64,000 nucleotides of DNA from a virus (IMGVR_UViG_3300025896_000021), one strand, 5' to 3'; numbered from the stretch's first letter, positions 28,274 to 38,428 are shown. Translations and numbers: made by a program. Notes: generated by a model not told the origin, from the letters alone.

Positions 28274-28447
28274 ATGGCAGGCAAAGCAAAATCGGTCTAT
28301 CTCACAGTCACCCCAATTGGTACGCTGTCGAGCGTATTTCGTAAGGTGTTCTTTGACGCTAAGGCATACAATGAATTCGTGAAGTCAGAGGAATTCATGG
28401 AGAAGTATCCTACTGCACAATTTCAAATTCTCAAGGAAATTTATTGA
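28274..28447 (+). CDS. Hypothetical small early protein (about 57 aa)
   Basis: Read by hand and below the track cutoff. ATG follows the RBS AAGGAAT after the promoter. Coordinates are +/-1. Confidence 0.4.
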   Translation: MAGKAKSVYLTVTPIGTLSSVFRKVFFDAKAYNEFVKSEEFMEKYPTAQFQILKEIY

Positions 28448-28598
28448 TCACTACACTTTCCGCGACTATCCTCAACCCTAACAACAAACACACAATGATC
28501 AAAACTATTCAACCGCAACTTCCAAAGCCTATCAAGTCCTCAACTGGTGGCACTATCACTTACACTAAAACAGGGTTGATTCACACACAGAAATAAAG

Positions 28599-28627
28599 GT
28601 TGACGGTAAATGGCTTTGGGTATATAA
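28599..28627 (+). promoter_or_regulatory. Early promoter, TTGACG-17-TATAAT (conserved-spacer family)
   Basis: TTGACGgtaaatggctttgggtaTATAAT followed by leader agaatcttaaacagtaaagaacaggac. Confidence 0.75.
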
Positions 28628-28661
28628 TAGAATCTTAAACAGTAAAGAACAGGACTATAAA

Positions 28662-28868
28662 ATGGTATTCGAAACACAAGTTATCAACAACATCGCTCCT
28701 TTGCTTGACTCTGGCGAACGTGCTGAATTCTCATATGGTTCACTGTTTGTTGAATGTTCTGAAAAAACTGCCCGTTCAGTGTTTCACAAATTGTCGTATG
28801 ACGCTGGTCTCGGTAAGGTGAAAATCTCCAAGACTCCGGTAGAATACGTGTTTGACTTTGTAGCTTAA
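28662..28868 (+). CDS. Hypothetical small early protein (68 aa)
   Basis: ORF track. Confidence 0.5.
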   Translation: MVFETQVINNIAPLLDSGERAEFSYGSLFVECSEKTARSVFHKLSYDAGLGKVKISKTPVEYVFDFVA

Positions 28869-28885
28869 AAATTGTAGGAGTTAAT

Positions 28886-29083
28886 ATGGTGATAGTAGCA
28901 AAAATGACAGATGGCAAGATAGTCCAAGTTGTACGTGTTGCTGACACCGTAGGCTTCTCTACTGACAAGGACTGGGTTATGGTTTGTTTTGACTTTGAAA
29001 AGATAGACCGTAAGCGTGAGCATTTCAAGTGGGTCCCAGCAACTACTAGGTTTGACTGGGTTCGTGAATTTTCTTTTGAGTAA
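28886..29083 (+). CDS. Hypothetical protein (65 aa)
   Basis: ORF track; RBS TAGGAG. Confidence 0.45.
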   Translation: MVIVAKMTDGKIVQVVRVADTVGFSTDKDWVMVCFDFEKIDRKREHFKWVPATTRFDWVREFSFE

Positions 29084-29088
29084 TTATA

Positions 29089-29216
29089 TGAAAAACTTTC
29101 TAATTGGCACCGTGTTTGGTATCGTTGTCGCAACTGTAGGCTTTAGTGGTATTGCTAGGTTGCTTGACAACGGTATCGCTAAGACAAAAGAAATCGCAAC
29201 AGAAGGAGCAAAATAA
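29089..29216 (+). CDS. Small membrane protein (about 42 aa)
   Basis: Internal ATG of the 29016 track ORF. The product MKNFLIGTVFGIVVATVGFSGIA has a single TM helix. Coordinates are +/-1. Confidence 0.35.
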
Positions 29217-29647
29217 TGGGTCTCGACATGTACGCTTATATTGCCCGTGAAGGTCAACGCTCTGAATACAATGAACAAGGAAGTGACTGGGATCCTGAAA
29301 CTCGTGAATGGGTTGCTAAAGGCCCTGTAACTAAACCAATTGAACTTGCTTACTGGCGCAAGCATCCTTCATTGCATGGTTACATGGAACAGTTGTGGCA
29401 GAAGAAAGGTATGCCAGGTACAGGCAACACTGATGCTGACTTTAATGGCATTGAACTTGAGCTAACTTGGCAAGACGTTGATGACCTTGAACAGGTAGTG
29501 CGACACGGAAAACTTCCATTCACTGAAGGTTTCTTCTTTGGCAAGCCTAGCGACAATACCTACTACGAACATGACCTCAAATTTTGTGCTGATGCTAAGG
29601 TAGAATTGTTCTTGGGTTTCAAAGTGTTTTATAATTCAAGTTGGTAA
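29216..29647 (+). CDS. Hypothetical protein (143 aa)
   Basis: ORF track; ATGG overlap. Confidence 0.5.
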   Translation: MGLDMYAYIAREGQRSEYNEQGSDWDPETREWVAKGPVTKPIELAYWRKHPSLHGYMEQLWQKKGMPGTGNTDADFNGIELELTWQDVDDLEQVVRHGKLPFTEGFFFGKPSDNTYYEHDLKFCADAKVELFLGFKVFYNSSW

Positions 29648-29648
29648 T

Positions 29649-30011
29649 ATGACTATCTTAACACTGGACAAGATGATTGACTTTGATACTAGCGAAATAG
29701 GTTATATGGGCATGGAAGTGCCTGTGCATACCCAAGAAGCAATCACTAGTTACTTGTTGCGTGGTTGGCAGCCCGGCGGGTTTCTGACTAGTATGCTTGC
29801 TGGTGATATGTTTCGTGCAGTGAATAGTGCTGACACCGGTAACCGACAAATGATGTGGGCTATCGGTAGATTCATTATGACTAATCTTCCTAATGGTAGT
29901 TGGGGTAGCTATGAACGGGTAGAAGATTGGTGCAATGACAAGAAGGGTATCCGCACTGAATATGTGACAGACATTGAAAAGAACTATATCTGGAAGACAC
30001 TAAAGGCTTGA
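29649..30011 (+). CDS. Hypothetical protein (120 aa)
   Basis: ORF track. Confidence 0.5.
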   Translation: MTILTLDKMIDFDTSEIGYMGMEVPVHTQEAITSYLLRGWQPGGFLTSMLAGDMFRAVNSADTGNRQMMWAIGRFIMTNLPNGSWGSYERVEDWCNDKKGIRTEYVTDIEKNYIWKTLKA

Positions 30012-30065
30012 CAATAAATCATACCTGTGTTATACTTGTAGCTTAAATCAGACAACGGAGTAAAA

Positions 30066-31424
30066 ATGTCAGCATCTTGGATCAACAAACTTAACGAATC
30101 AGACAGTCGCCTTCACAAAGAAGATGTAGTAAGGCAAGCATTGGAAGCTGCTATTCTGGGCAGCATCAACTCGCAAGCATTTCTGGGACTCGCTAAGGCA
30201 TGTTACAATCCCTACGTAACATTTGGTGTTAAGAAAGTTCCTGATACAGTCGGTCTAATTGATTCAGAAAATCCCTGGAGTGACTTCAATGAACTATTGG
30301 TTCAGCTATCACAGCGCCAATTGACTGGTCACGCTGCACGTGATGCTATTCAAGAAATGGCAGAACGCTTTGACAGTGAAGAATGGAATACATTCTGTGC
30401 CGCAGTGTTGCGTCGGGACCTTCGTGCAGGTATCTCGTCAACTACTATCAACAAAATCTGTAAAAAGACAGAATACGAAATCCCAATCTTTGGTTGCCAG
30501 CTTGCAACTAACAGTGAAGGTCGTCCTGAAATGAAGGGCATGAAACGACTTGAGCCTAAGTTGGATGGTGTTCGTGCATTGTTCACTGTTATCCCTAGTG
30601 ACGGTGATGTGACGATTATCTGTTTCAGTCGCAATGGTAAAGTGTTTGAAAACTTTACTCACATTGAAGACCAGATTGCCAACAGTTGGACTAAGCTAGT
30701 TCGTGCATGTACAAACGTAGATCAAGGTCGCAGCCTCATTAATGGTTTCGTACTTGATGGTGAAGTGATCGGTAATACATTCCAAGAACTCATGCGCCAA
30801 GCACGCCGCAAAACTGACGCACAAGCCGACGATTCAGTACTCAATATTTTTGACATTATCCCGCTTGAAGACTTCCGTCGAGGTCATTGGAATGCTCAGT
30901 TGACTAAGCGTATTGCACTACTTGATGCAATTCGTCCTGTGATTGATACAATGGACAATGTTGAACTACTTCCTCACATCATGGTTGACCTCGACACTGC
31001 CGCAGGTAAGGATCAACTTGAGCGTTATGCTAAAGACAACGTGAACGCAGGGTTCGAAGGTATTATGATTAAGAACATGGATGCTCCATATTTGTGCAAA
31101 CGGTCAACTGACTGGATGAAGTGGAAACCCACTATTACTGTAGACTTGGAGGTCGTAGGTGTTGAAGAAGGTACTGGACGCAATGAAGGTCGACTTGGAG
31201 CACTGGTCTGCTCCGGAGTGGACGACGGAAAGGAAATCACTGTCAATGTTGGTAGTGGGTTTAGTGATGGTGATAGAGATAGTTATTGGACTGACTCTGC
31301 TATCGTTATTGGTCGCACCGCTGAGGTCATGTGTGACGTGATTACACAAAATCAAGATGGAACGTATTCTCTACGATTCCCCCGATTTGTTCGGTTTCGT
31401 GATGACAAACAACAGGTAGTATGA
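30066..31424 (+). CDS. ATP-dependent DNA ligase
   Basis: Motif I KLDGVR (RLEPKLDGVRAL) carrying the adenylation lysine; the length fits a T4/T7-type ligase. Confidence 0.85.
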   Translation: MSASWINKLNESDSRLHKEDVVRQALEAAILGSINSQAFLGLAKACYNPYVTFGVKKVPDTVGLIDSENPWSDFNELLVQLSQRQLTGHAARDAIQEMAERFDSEEWNTFCAAVLRRDLRAGISSTTINKICKKTEYEIPIFGCQLATNSEGRPEMKGMKRLEPKLDGVRALFTVIPSDGDVTIICFSRNGKVFENFTHIEDQIANSWTKLVRACTNVDQGRSLINGFVLDGEVIGNTFQELMRQARRKTDAQADDSVLNIFDIIPLEDFRRGHWNAQLTKRIALLDAIRPVIDTMDNVELLPHIMVDLDTAAGKDQLERYAKDNVNAGFEGIMIKNMDAPYLCKRSTDWMKWKPTITVDLEVVGVEEGTGRNEGRLGALVCSGVDDGKEITVNVGSGFSDGDRDSYWTDSAIVIGRTAEVMCDVITQNQDGTYSLRFPRFVRFRDDKQQVV

Positions 31425-31600
31425 TGATTAAAGTATTTTTAGCATTTGTGATATTGACAGTTGTATTTGGATTTGGTATATCTTGGGTCAGAACATTGTC
31501 AGGAAAAGAAGTATGGGGCTTGACAAAATCAATAACCTATGCTATAATGTGTTCAATACTATCACTGATAGTGTTAGTTGGTTTAGTAATTTTATTTTAA
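31421..31600 (+). CDS. Small membrane protein (59 aa)
   Basis: Read by hand. ATGATGA overlaps the ligase stop. There are two hydrophobic helices. A promoter for the next gene is embedded inside. Confidence 0.35.
   Translation: MMIKVFLAFVILTVVFGFGISWVRTLSGKEVWGLTKSITYAIMCSILSLIVLVGLVILF
31520..31549 (+). promoter_or_regulatory. Sigma70-like promoter, TTGACA-18-TATAAT
   Basis: TTGACAaaatcaataacctatgcTATAAT upstream of the SPFH lipoprotein gene. Confidence 0.5.
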
Positions 31601-31606
31601 GGAAAC

Positions 31607-32404
31607 ATGATGAAACGTATTTTGACTCTCTCTATTTTGGCTGCTGCTGTTTTGGCAACAGGTTGTACTCGTATTGAAACTGGCGAGGTTGGCGTGCGTG
31701 TCGGCTTTGACAAACAGGTCCAAAGTGGTGAACTATTGCCTGGATCTTTCAATCAAACTTTTATCGGTGATGTACTGACATTCCCTATCAAGGACGTTAA
31801 TGTCACCCTGGAGAATATGACTCCTGTGGCTGCTGACAACTCCACAATGAAGGACTTTGATGCTGTGGTTGTTTACAACATCAATCCATCGCAGGTGTCA
31901 GAATTGTATTCAACTAAGAACAAGAGTTTCCACGCAGAGTTCAAAGGTGATACTTACGTGATGTACAACTACATTGTGCAAACTGCTCGTAATGCTATCT
32001 ACAAGGCAGCACGTAAGCACGAAGCATTGGACATGGCTGACAAGCGCAATGAAATGGAAAAGTTCATTCAGGACGAGATCGTGCGTAACATGGCTGAAGA
32101 AAAGCTGGACGGTGCAATCACTATCAGCCAAGTAATGATTCGTAATGTTGTGCCTAGCGACACCGTTGTTGAAAGTGCCAATGCATTGGTTCGTAGTAAG
32201 AACGAATTGAAGCAAAAGGAAGTTGAAGTTAAGACTGCCGAAGCTGAAAGCCGTCGTATGGCAGCATTGGCTAATAACAGTGGCAGTTCAATTGCATTCA
32301 TGCAAGCACAAGCTATGTTGAACATCTCCGAAGGCATCAAGAACGGCAAGGTCCAGACTATTGTTGTTCCAAGTAACTTCAATGCATTGATGATGCCTAA
32401 ATAA
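31607..32404 (+). CDS. SPFH/band-7 (stomatin-prohibitin-HflC-like) lipoprotein
   Basis: Lipobox LATGC after a signal peptide. The N-terminal region resembles an SPFH domain, and the C-terminal half is a coiled-coil/Ala-rich region typical of HflK/C or YbbK. Confidence 0.6.
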   Translation: MMKRILTLSILAAAVLATGCTRIETGEVGVRVGFDKQVQSGELLPGSFNQTFIGDVLTFPIKDVNVTLENMTPVAADNSTMKDFDAVVVYNINPSQVSELYSTKNKSFHAEFKGDTYVMYNYIVQTARNAIYKAARKHEALDMADKRNEMEKFIQDEIVRNMAEEKLDGAITISQVMIRNVVPSDTVVESANALVRSKNELKQKEVEVKTAEAESRRMAALANNSGSSIAFMQAQAMLNISEGIKNGKVQTIVVPSNFNALMMPK

Positions 32405-32460
32405 CCCCTGCAGTGTGCGTAACGGCAATGTCAATAAGTCCGTTTCGATAAGGAAATAAA

Positions 32461-32655
32461 ATGAAAATTAGTCCAGGATGGTGGTTGGTATATGTCAGTA
32501 TAGTTTATTCTATCGCTGGCATCATTAATATTTGGTTCTATAAATTTAGTCCTATTGAGTACATACAGTTTGCATATTGTCTTGTACTAGGTTTACCTTT
32601 ATGGATCCCTCCTCTAGCTCATTGGGTCGGCGTTAAAACTTTTTGGAGATTGTAA
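32461..32655 (+). CDS. Small membrane protein (64 aa)
   Basis: ORF track; two TM segments. Confidence 0.45.
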   Translation: MKISPGWWLVYVSIVYSIAGIINIWFYKFSPIEYIQFAYCLVLGLPLWIPPLAHWVGVKTFWRL

Positions 32656-32900
32656 TGGCTAGTCTTGCAGAATACTTTGCAGCAAACAGATATATCGGTA
32701 AATGGCAGATCGGTGACCGGGTGTCCGGTAAGTGGAATAAAATCCCCTTTATCGGATCGGTCGGCAACGATTCTGTTGTTAACGAAGTCGAAGGTCCAAG
32801 AGTAACTATTCACTTGGATCTCCCAATTAAGTATCAAGATGTGATTCACAATGTTATAATTGTAAAACCAAAAGACATTAAGAAGCTAATAGAACTTTAA
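32643..32900 (+). CDS. Hypothetical protein (85 aa)
   Basis: ORF track. Confidence 0.45.
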   Translation: MEIVMASLAEYFAANRYIGKWQIGDRVSGKWNKIPFIGSVGNDSVVNEVEGPRVTIHLDLPIKYQDVIHNVIIVKPKDIKKLIEL

Positions 32901-32908
32901 GGAATGAT

Positions 32909-33187
32909 ATGGTACAAATTGTAAAAAGCGAATGGCATCAAGTTGAAAAACGATATAGCATGGAAGTCAATGAAGACACTGTGCGAGAAATTTATCCTGA
33001 TATGGATGATGAAGAAATCGCTAACGTGATGGAAGAAATCACAGATGGTGACTACGATTATCAGCAACTTATTGAAGATAGTAATGATGCAAAAGTCTAT
33101 CTTGATTGGGACTGGATGGATGAAGATGATTGGTGGACTGACCGTAAAGGTGGATACGAAGTAACATATGAAGCTCAGGATGAATAA
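32909..33187 (+). CDS. Acidic hypothetical protein (92 aa)
   Basis: ORF track; D/E/W-rich. Confidence 0.45.
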   Translation: MVQIVKSEWHQVEKRYSMEVNEDTVREIYPDMDDEEIANVMEEITDGDYDYQQLIEDSNDAKVYLDWDWMDEDDWWTDRKGGYEVTYEAQDE

Positions 33188-33395
33188 TAAATTTAAAGAA
33201 CTAGCCGACACAGCAAATGCATATACTGATGTGAGTGGACGATGGGTTAGTGCAGCAGGTATGGAAAAGTTCGCCGAGTTGATTGTTCGGGAATGTATTG
33301 AGACATTGAGATTGGTCCCATACGATAGTGATAGAGAATTTGGTGACGAGGTTATCTATCAAGAACGATTGAAGAAACATTTCGGAGTTGAATGA
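33180..33395 (+). CDS. Small protein of the ...KFAELIVREC...HFGVE family (71 aa)
   Basis: Trimmed to the ATG that overlaps the upstream stop (MNNKFKELADTANAY...). Paralogue of the 13302, 50953 and 57615 genes. Confidence 0.5.
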   Translation: MNNKFKELADTANAYTDVSGRWVSAAGMEKFAELIVRECIETLRLVPYDSDREFGDEVIYQERLKKHFGVE

Positions 33396-33700
33396 TGAAA
33401 ATGTATATCGCAATCAAAGAGTGGGTGCCAACTGGTCACGCTCTTAATGTTGCTGCACACGCCGGCTTGATTGGTTGGTTAGAATTTCAACACTTGCCCG
33501 AAACACAAGATTGGCTTAAAGACAGTTTTAAGAAAGTTACCTGTCAGGTAAGCGACGAAGAATTTGCCGAGTTGAAGAAGGTTGAACACTGCAAAGTTAT
33601 CACCGAAAGCAGACTTGACAATGACGAAGTGGGCATTGTGTTTGCTCCACGTAAGAAAGAAGACTGGCCAGAAATTATGAAAACATTGAGGTTATGGTAA
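33392..33700 (+). CDS. Hypothetical protein (102 aa)
   Basis: ORF track. Confidence 0.45.
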   Translation: MMKMYIAIKEWVPTGHALNVAAHAGLIGWLEFQHLPETQDWLKDSFKKVTCQVSDEEFAELKKVEHCKVITESRLDNDEVGIVFAPRKKEDWPEIMKTLRLW

Positions 33701-33897
33701 TGAAAGACTTAACAGGAATGTCACATGTTTTTCCGGACGGTGCAAGGATTGAAGTAGCGCAAATTAAACAGCGTGAAGATGGTCCTTGGGTTCACTACTA
33801 CATTAGTATGGGTTCTAGCTTGCCCAGAAAACTAGTTATGAAGTATGGAGAATTTATGGATCACTACAAACACTTGTTCGGTGAACCAGAAGAATAA
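33694..33897 (+). CDS. Hypothetical protein (67 aa)
   Basis: ORF track. Confidence 0.4.
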   Translation: MVMKDLTGMSHVFPDGARIEVAQIKQREDGPWVHYYISMGSSLPRKLVMKYGEFMDHYKHLFGEPEE

Positions 33898-33904
33898 ATA
33901 TACT

Positions 33905-35437
33905 ATGTTAAAGAAAATATTCACATTCAGCCAGCTTACACTATTAGTGGCACTCTCACTTAGTTCAGTAGCAGCATATTACAGTATCATTGGACTAACC
34001 GCTATCTTTGCAGGTGCGGTCGTTCCTGTTATCATCATGGGGTCTATTCTTGAAGTAGGAAAGATCACCACGACAGTATGGCTGCGTAAGTATTGGAAAC
34101 GTGCAGGCTGGATGTTGAAACTTTATCTAGTGCCCGCAGTCATTGCACTTGCACTACTTACCTCAATGGGCATCTTTGGATTCTTGAGTAAAGCACACAT
34201 GGAGCAAGGCATTACATCAGGTGATGCAGGCTCTAAGGTAGCATTGTTTGACGAGAAGATCAGTATCCAACGTGAGAATATCAAGAGTGACCGTGCTATG
34301 TTGGCTCAGATGGATACTCAGGTTAATGATATCATGAGCAAAGGCGACAGTGAACGAAGCGTAGAACGAAGCGTCGCCATTCGTAAGCAACAAGCACCTG
34401 AACGTGCAAAGATTCTAAAAAGTATTGAAGCATCTAATAAAGAGATTCAATCACTGAATGAGCAACGAGCACCTCTTGCAAGTGAGTTACGAAAAATTGA
34501 AGCAGAAGTAGGTCCGATCAAGTATATTGCTGCATTGATTTACGGTGACAATGCTGATGCAAACATGCTAGAAGCCGCAGTACGATGGGTTATCATCTTG
34601 CTTGTTGTCGTGTTCGATCCACTTGCTATTGCACTAGTACTGGCAGCTAATGCAAGTAAAGAATGGGACCTCGAAGAAGAACCTAAGATTGAAGTTCCAG
34701 TAAATGAATACCGGGATGATGACGATGAGGTTTTTGAAGATGGATACAAAACAGATTTTCCTGAAATAGTTGAAGAACCTATTATAGAAGAAGTAAAAAA
34801 ACCCGTTGAAGAAGAACCGATAGCAGAAATATTAGTCATTGAACCAACCGTTGAGGAAGACGAAGCGTTCAGTAAAATAGAATCAACTACAGTCGAACTT
34901 TTGGTACCAGAATTATCTATCGAAGAACAAATGGCGGACACTGTGGATACCGAAATAGTTGCTATCCCACAGTTCGCTTCATTTGAAGGAATCAAAGATC
35001 CTGTAACTAAAGAATGGATTCAGACTGGTCCAGTATTTGAACCTAAGACTAGTTCATCATTCAAAGATGTTGGTGACGGCTATGTTGAGTTTGAAGGTAA
35101 GAAAATGAGCAAGCGGGTGTTGCAGTCACTGCGTCCAGACTTGTTCAACTTAAAAGAAGACAATCCAAGAGAAATTGAAATTGGGTTTGGTAGTTCATTG
35201 CCTAGTGCAGCCAAGATGGGTGACACTTTTATCAAAATTGACACTATGCCGCACGTTGTATACAAGAACAATGGTAGCAAGTGGATTGAAATAAACAAAC
35301 AAGCTACTGGCGCATATTTGGGCAACGTTGCTTATTTGCATCATTTAATGGAAAAGATTAGTACAGGTGAATATGATCCTGAGTTGCTAACTGACTATGA
35401 GCAGGAAGCAATTACTAATCACATCAAAGTCAATTGA
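33905..35437 (+). CDS. Large membrane protein with coiled-coil and acidic repeat region (about 510 aa)
   Basis: Trimmed to MLKKIFTF.... It has 3-4 N-terminal TM helices, a coiled-coil, another TM, then an E/P/I/V acidic low-complexity region. Confidence 0.55.
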   Translation: MLKKIFTFSQLTLLVALSLSSVAAYYSIIGLTAIFAGAVVPVIIMGSILEVGKITTTVWLRKYWKRAGWMLKLYLVPAVIALALLTSMGIFGFLSKAHMEQGITSGDAGSKVALFDEKISIQRENIKSDRAMLAQMDTQVNDIMSKGDSERSVERSVAIRKQQAPERAKILKSIEASNKEIQSLNEQRAPLASELRKIEAEVGPIKYIAALIYGDNADANMLEAAVRWVIILLVVVFDPLAIALVLAANASKEWDLEEEPKIEVPVNEYRDDDDEVFEDGYKTDFPEIVEEPIIEEVKKPVEEEPIAEILVIEPTVEEDEAFSKIESTTVELLVPELSIEEQMADTVDTEIVAIPQFASFEGIKDPVTKEWIQTGPVFEPKTSSSFKDVGDGYVEFEGKKMSKRVLQSLRPDLFNLKEDNPREIEIGFGSSLPSAAKMGDTFIKIDTMPHVVYKNNGSKWIEINKQATGAYLGNVAYLHHLMEKISTGEYDPELLTDYEQEAITNHIKVN

Positions 35438-35508
35438 CCGAAATAGTAGACAGTATATCCATGTTGAGTTATACTGTCTACATCTTATAACTTCCTTGAA
35501 GGATTCTC

Positions 35509-36165
35509 GTGTTTACAAAACTTTCCACACTGGCACTATTACTTGCTCTTACTGCATGTTCAACCACTAAACAGGCACCTAGTATTGAAGGTGGTCAAAT
35601 CACTGCTATCAATGCCCAAAAGTTGTCTACGAATTTTAAACGCAAGGGTGTTAAAATTGAGTGGGACTGTGCTTGGGGTACAGGCATGTTGGAATCTACC
35701 TGCATCAAAGGTGATATCAAAGCGATTGAAGTTACTGCGTATGCGACTAGCAATGGCAACAGTGAAAACAACCGCGAAGCTGCGTTCAAAGTCGCTGAAA
35801 TGAAAGCTAAGGCTAAACTGCGTCATTTCATTAGTGAAGACGTGTACAGCTCAAGTGTCCAAAACGTTATGACCAAGAACGTTGAAAAAGCAAATGACAG
35901 GATCAAGAACCGAATCAAGTCTGACGAAGAAGTTGCAATGTCTGATGAGGATGCGGCAAAAGACACAAACTTTGCAATTCGTGAAAACTCAAATGACACC
36001 GTTCGTACTGTAACTGAAAGCATTCGCACACAGGCTGCTGGTATCCTTAAAGGTATCCAAGTTCAGGATGAATCTATCGTTGACCGTCAAACAGTCGCAG
36101 TGACTATTCGTTGGGACAAGGATAGCGAATCGGCTTCTAACTATTTCAGCAAGAAATTTAAATGA
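35509..36165 (+). CDS. Lipoprotein (218 aa)
   Basis: Signal peptide with lipobox LTAC|S. Confidence 0.55.
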   Translation: MFTKLSTLALLLALTACSTTKQAPSIEGGQITAINAQKLSTNFKRKGVKIEWDCAWGTGMLESTCIKGDIKAIEVTAYATSNGNSENNREAAFKVAEMKAKAKLRHFISEDVYSSSVQNVMTKNVEKANDRIKNRIKSDEEVAMSDEDAAKDTNFAIRENSNDTVRTVTESIRTQAAGILKGIQVQDESIVDRQTVAVTIRWDKDSESASNYFSKKFK

Positions 36166-37118
36166 TACGCTGGCTTATTGTGCTACTTCTTTTTGTAGGA
36201 GTAGCACATAGTCAACCTGTTGACAAAAACGATCCTGGCTATATCCAAGTAATGGGTATTGGTAAAACCGTTGATGAAGCAAAACGTAATGGTTTCAAAA
36301 ATGCTATCTCTATGAAAGTGGGGTCAGCACTATTGAGTGAAAATCAGCTTACCAATAATAAACTGGTTAAAGAAGATATAGTTGACTACAGCGCTGGTTA
36401 CATTGATACCTTTACTATCATTGATACTATTATTAAACCAGATAGTGTCGTAGTTATTATGCAAGTGGTAGTTAAGTCTAGTAAAATTCATGAACGAATC
36501 CTTAATAAGGGTAAGGATGAAAAAGAATTAGATGGGGCTAGACTTTCAAATCAGTATCTCAGTTATCTCACCGAAAGAAAAAGTGGTGATAATTTTCTAA
36601 GTGCTGTGTTGAATGACTATCCTGCCCGAGCATTTAACATTACACAAGGTGCTCATGAATTTAAACTGAACACCCAACGAAACGCAGTATTGGTAATCCC
36701 ATTTGAGATGCGTTGGAGCAAACCATTTTTAGTATCATTGCATGAGTCGTTGAAATTGCTTTCGGATGGATCGTACAATGCACCTAGTAGTATAGTTGTA
36801 GGGCACAGCTCCTATAAGTTCAATGACTATGGTAAGTATGCACTGATTAAACAACAAATGAATGGTGGGTTGCAACTTCAAGCAGTTATGATTAATAGAA
36901 GTGATCAGGCAATCGCTACTCGCTGTTTCATGATTCCACCTGTGTTTTCTGGTTCGTATTCGTCCTCTACTTATGTAGTGGATTCCAGAGAAGTTATAAA
37001 ATCAGTCATTCAAATTGAAATTGACGCCGAAATGACCACAGCATTGTCAAATGCGGCACGAGTAGAATTATCAGCAGTAACTACTTGTTCAAATAGTACA
37101 AAACCGTTTAGGGAATGA
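36162..37118 (+). CDS. Secreted/periplasmic protein (318 aa)
   Basis: Cleavable signal peptide MIRWLIVLLLFVGVAHS|QP; ATGA-coupled to the lipoprotein gene. Confidence 0.55.
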   Translation: MIRWLIVLLLFVGVAHSQPVDKNDPGYIQVMGIGKTVDEAKRNGFKNAISMKVGSALLSENQLTNNKLVKEDIVDYSAGYIDTFTIIDTIIKPDSVVVIMQVVVKSSKIHERILNKGKDEKELDGARLSNQYLSYLTERKSGDNFLSAVLNDYPARAFNITQGAHEFKLNTQRNAVLVIPFEMRWSKPFLVSLHESLKLLSDGSYNAPSSIVVGHSSYKFNDYGKYALIKQQMNGGLQLQAVMINRSDQAIATRCFMIPPVFSGSYSSSTYVVDSREVIKSVIQIEIDAEMTTALSNAARVELSAVTTCSNSTKPFRE

Positions 37119-37125
37119 TAAGTAT

Positions 37126-38334
37126 ATGAATATGAACGAAGACCATAATTTAATAGACCATTGCAACTTTTGTGGCAACAGTAAAGACGCTGTAAAGAAA
37201 CTAATCGTCGGTGAGGGCATTGCTATTTGCAATGACTGTGTTGATCTATGCCAAACATTAATTGAAGATGAATCTTCGGTTAGTGTAGCAGAACCTCCTG
37301 AGCCAGTACATGATCCAGAAGCTATTAAAGAGTATTTGGATAAACATGTTATTGGACAAGACGAAGCCAAGATGGTTCTTAGCGTAGCTATTGCTAATCA
37401 TTATAAACGAATCAACAATCCACCAAAAGATATTGAAATTCAAAAGGGTAATGTTCTCATTGTAGGTCCTACTGGTAGTGGTAAAACTCTATTAGCTAAG
37501 ACAGCAGCGAAATATCTCAAAGTGCCCTTTGTCGTAGCAGATGCGACTAGTTTGACCGAAGCAGGTTATGTAGGTGATGACGTTGAGAGCATGATTAATA
37601 TGCTTATCAATGCAGCCGATGGCGATGTTAAACTTGCAGAGCGTGGTATCATCTTTATTGATGAAATTGACAAGATCGCCCGCAAAGGTGAAAGTGCTAG
37701 TATCACACGTGACGTATCGGGCGAAGGTGTACAGCAAGCACTACTCAAATTAGTAGAAGGTACGACTTGTCGTATCCCTGCACAAGGTGGACGTAAGCAT
37801 CCGGGTGGTGAAATGTCAGAAATTAACACCAAAGACATTCTCTTTATCGCAGGTGGAGCCTTTGTTGGATTGAAAGATGTTATTGCCACTCGTATGAATG
37901 GCACTAGCATTGGGTTTCATGCTTCTATCAGTGATAGCAAAGTTGAAGGTGAACTAACAAAGGTTAGTCCTGATGATTTAACTAGATATGGAATGATTCC
38001 TGAGTTTATCGGACGTTTCACTACAACAGTAAGCATTGGTGAATTGAATAAAGAGCAATTGGTACATATTCTCACTGATGTTAAGAACAACTACATTAGT
38101 CAGTATAAGTATTTGTTAAGTTTGGACAACATCCAGCTATCATTTACTACTGATGCTTTAGAACAGATGGCAGAAAACACACTGCTATTGAAGACTGGTG
38201 CTAGAGGCTTACATACAGAAATTGAACGTGTGCTTATGTGCCACATGTTTCACACTAGGTTGTATAAGAAAAACAACATAACAATTCTGTTAATTGATAA
38301 AGAACGGGTAATAAACCCGGCTCCTATCATTTAA
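37126..38334 (+). CDS. clpX: ClpX-like AAA+ unfoldase
   Basis: N-terminal C4 zinc-binding domain (CNFCGNS...CNDC). Walker [17 protein letters not shown], Walker [11 protein letters not shown] and the GYVG pore loop are present. Confidence 0.85.
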   Translation: MNMNEDHNLIDHCNFCGNSKDAVKKLIVGEGIAICNDCVDLCQTLIEDESSVSVAEPPEPVHDPEAIKEYLDKHVIGQDEAKMVLSVAIANHYKRINNPPKDIEIQKGNVLIVGPTGSGKTLLAKTAAKYLKVPFVVADATSLTEAGYVGDDVESMINMLINAADGDVKLAERGIIFIDEIDKIARKGESASITRDVSGEGVQQALLKLVEGTTCRIPAQGGRKHPGGEMSEINTKDILFIAGGAFVGLKDVIATRMNGTSIGFHASISDSKVEGELTKVSPDDLTRYGMIPEFIGRFTTTVSIGELNKEQLVHILTDVKNNYISQYKYLLSLDNIQLSFTTDALEQMAENTLLLKTGARGLHTEIERVLMCHMFHTRLYKKNNITILLIDKERVINPAPII

Positions 38335-38428
38335 TAGTCGCATATATTGCACAAGAGGGTGCAATATATATTATAGTAGATGCCTTCGGGGTCTATCACA
38401 AAAATCTTGCTTTCTAAAGGAGAAAAAA

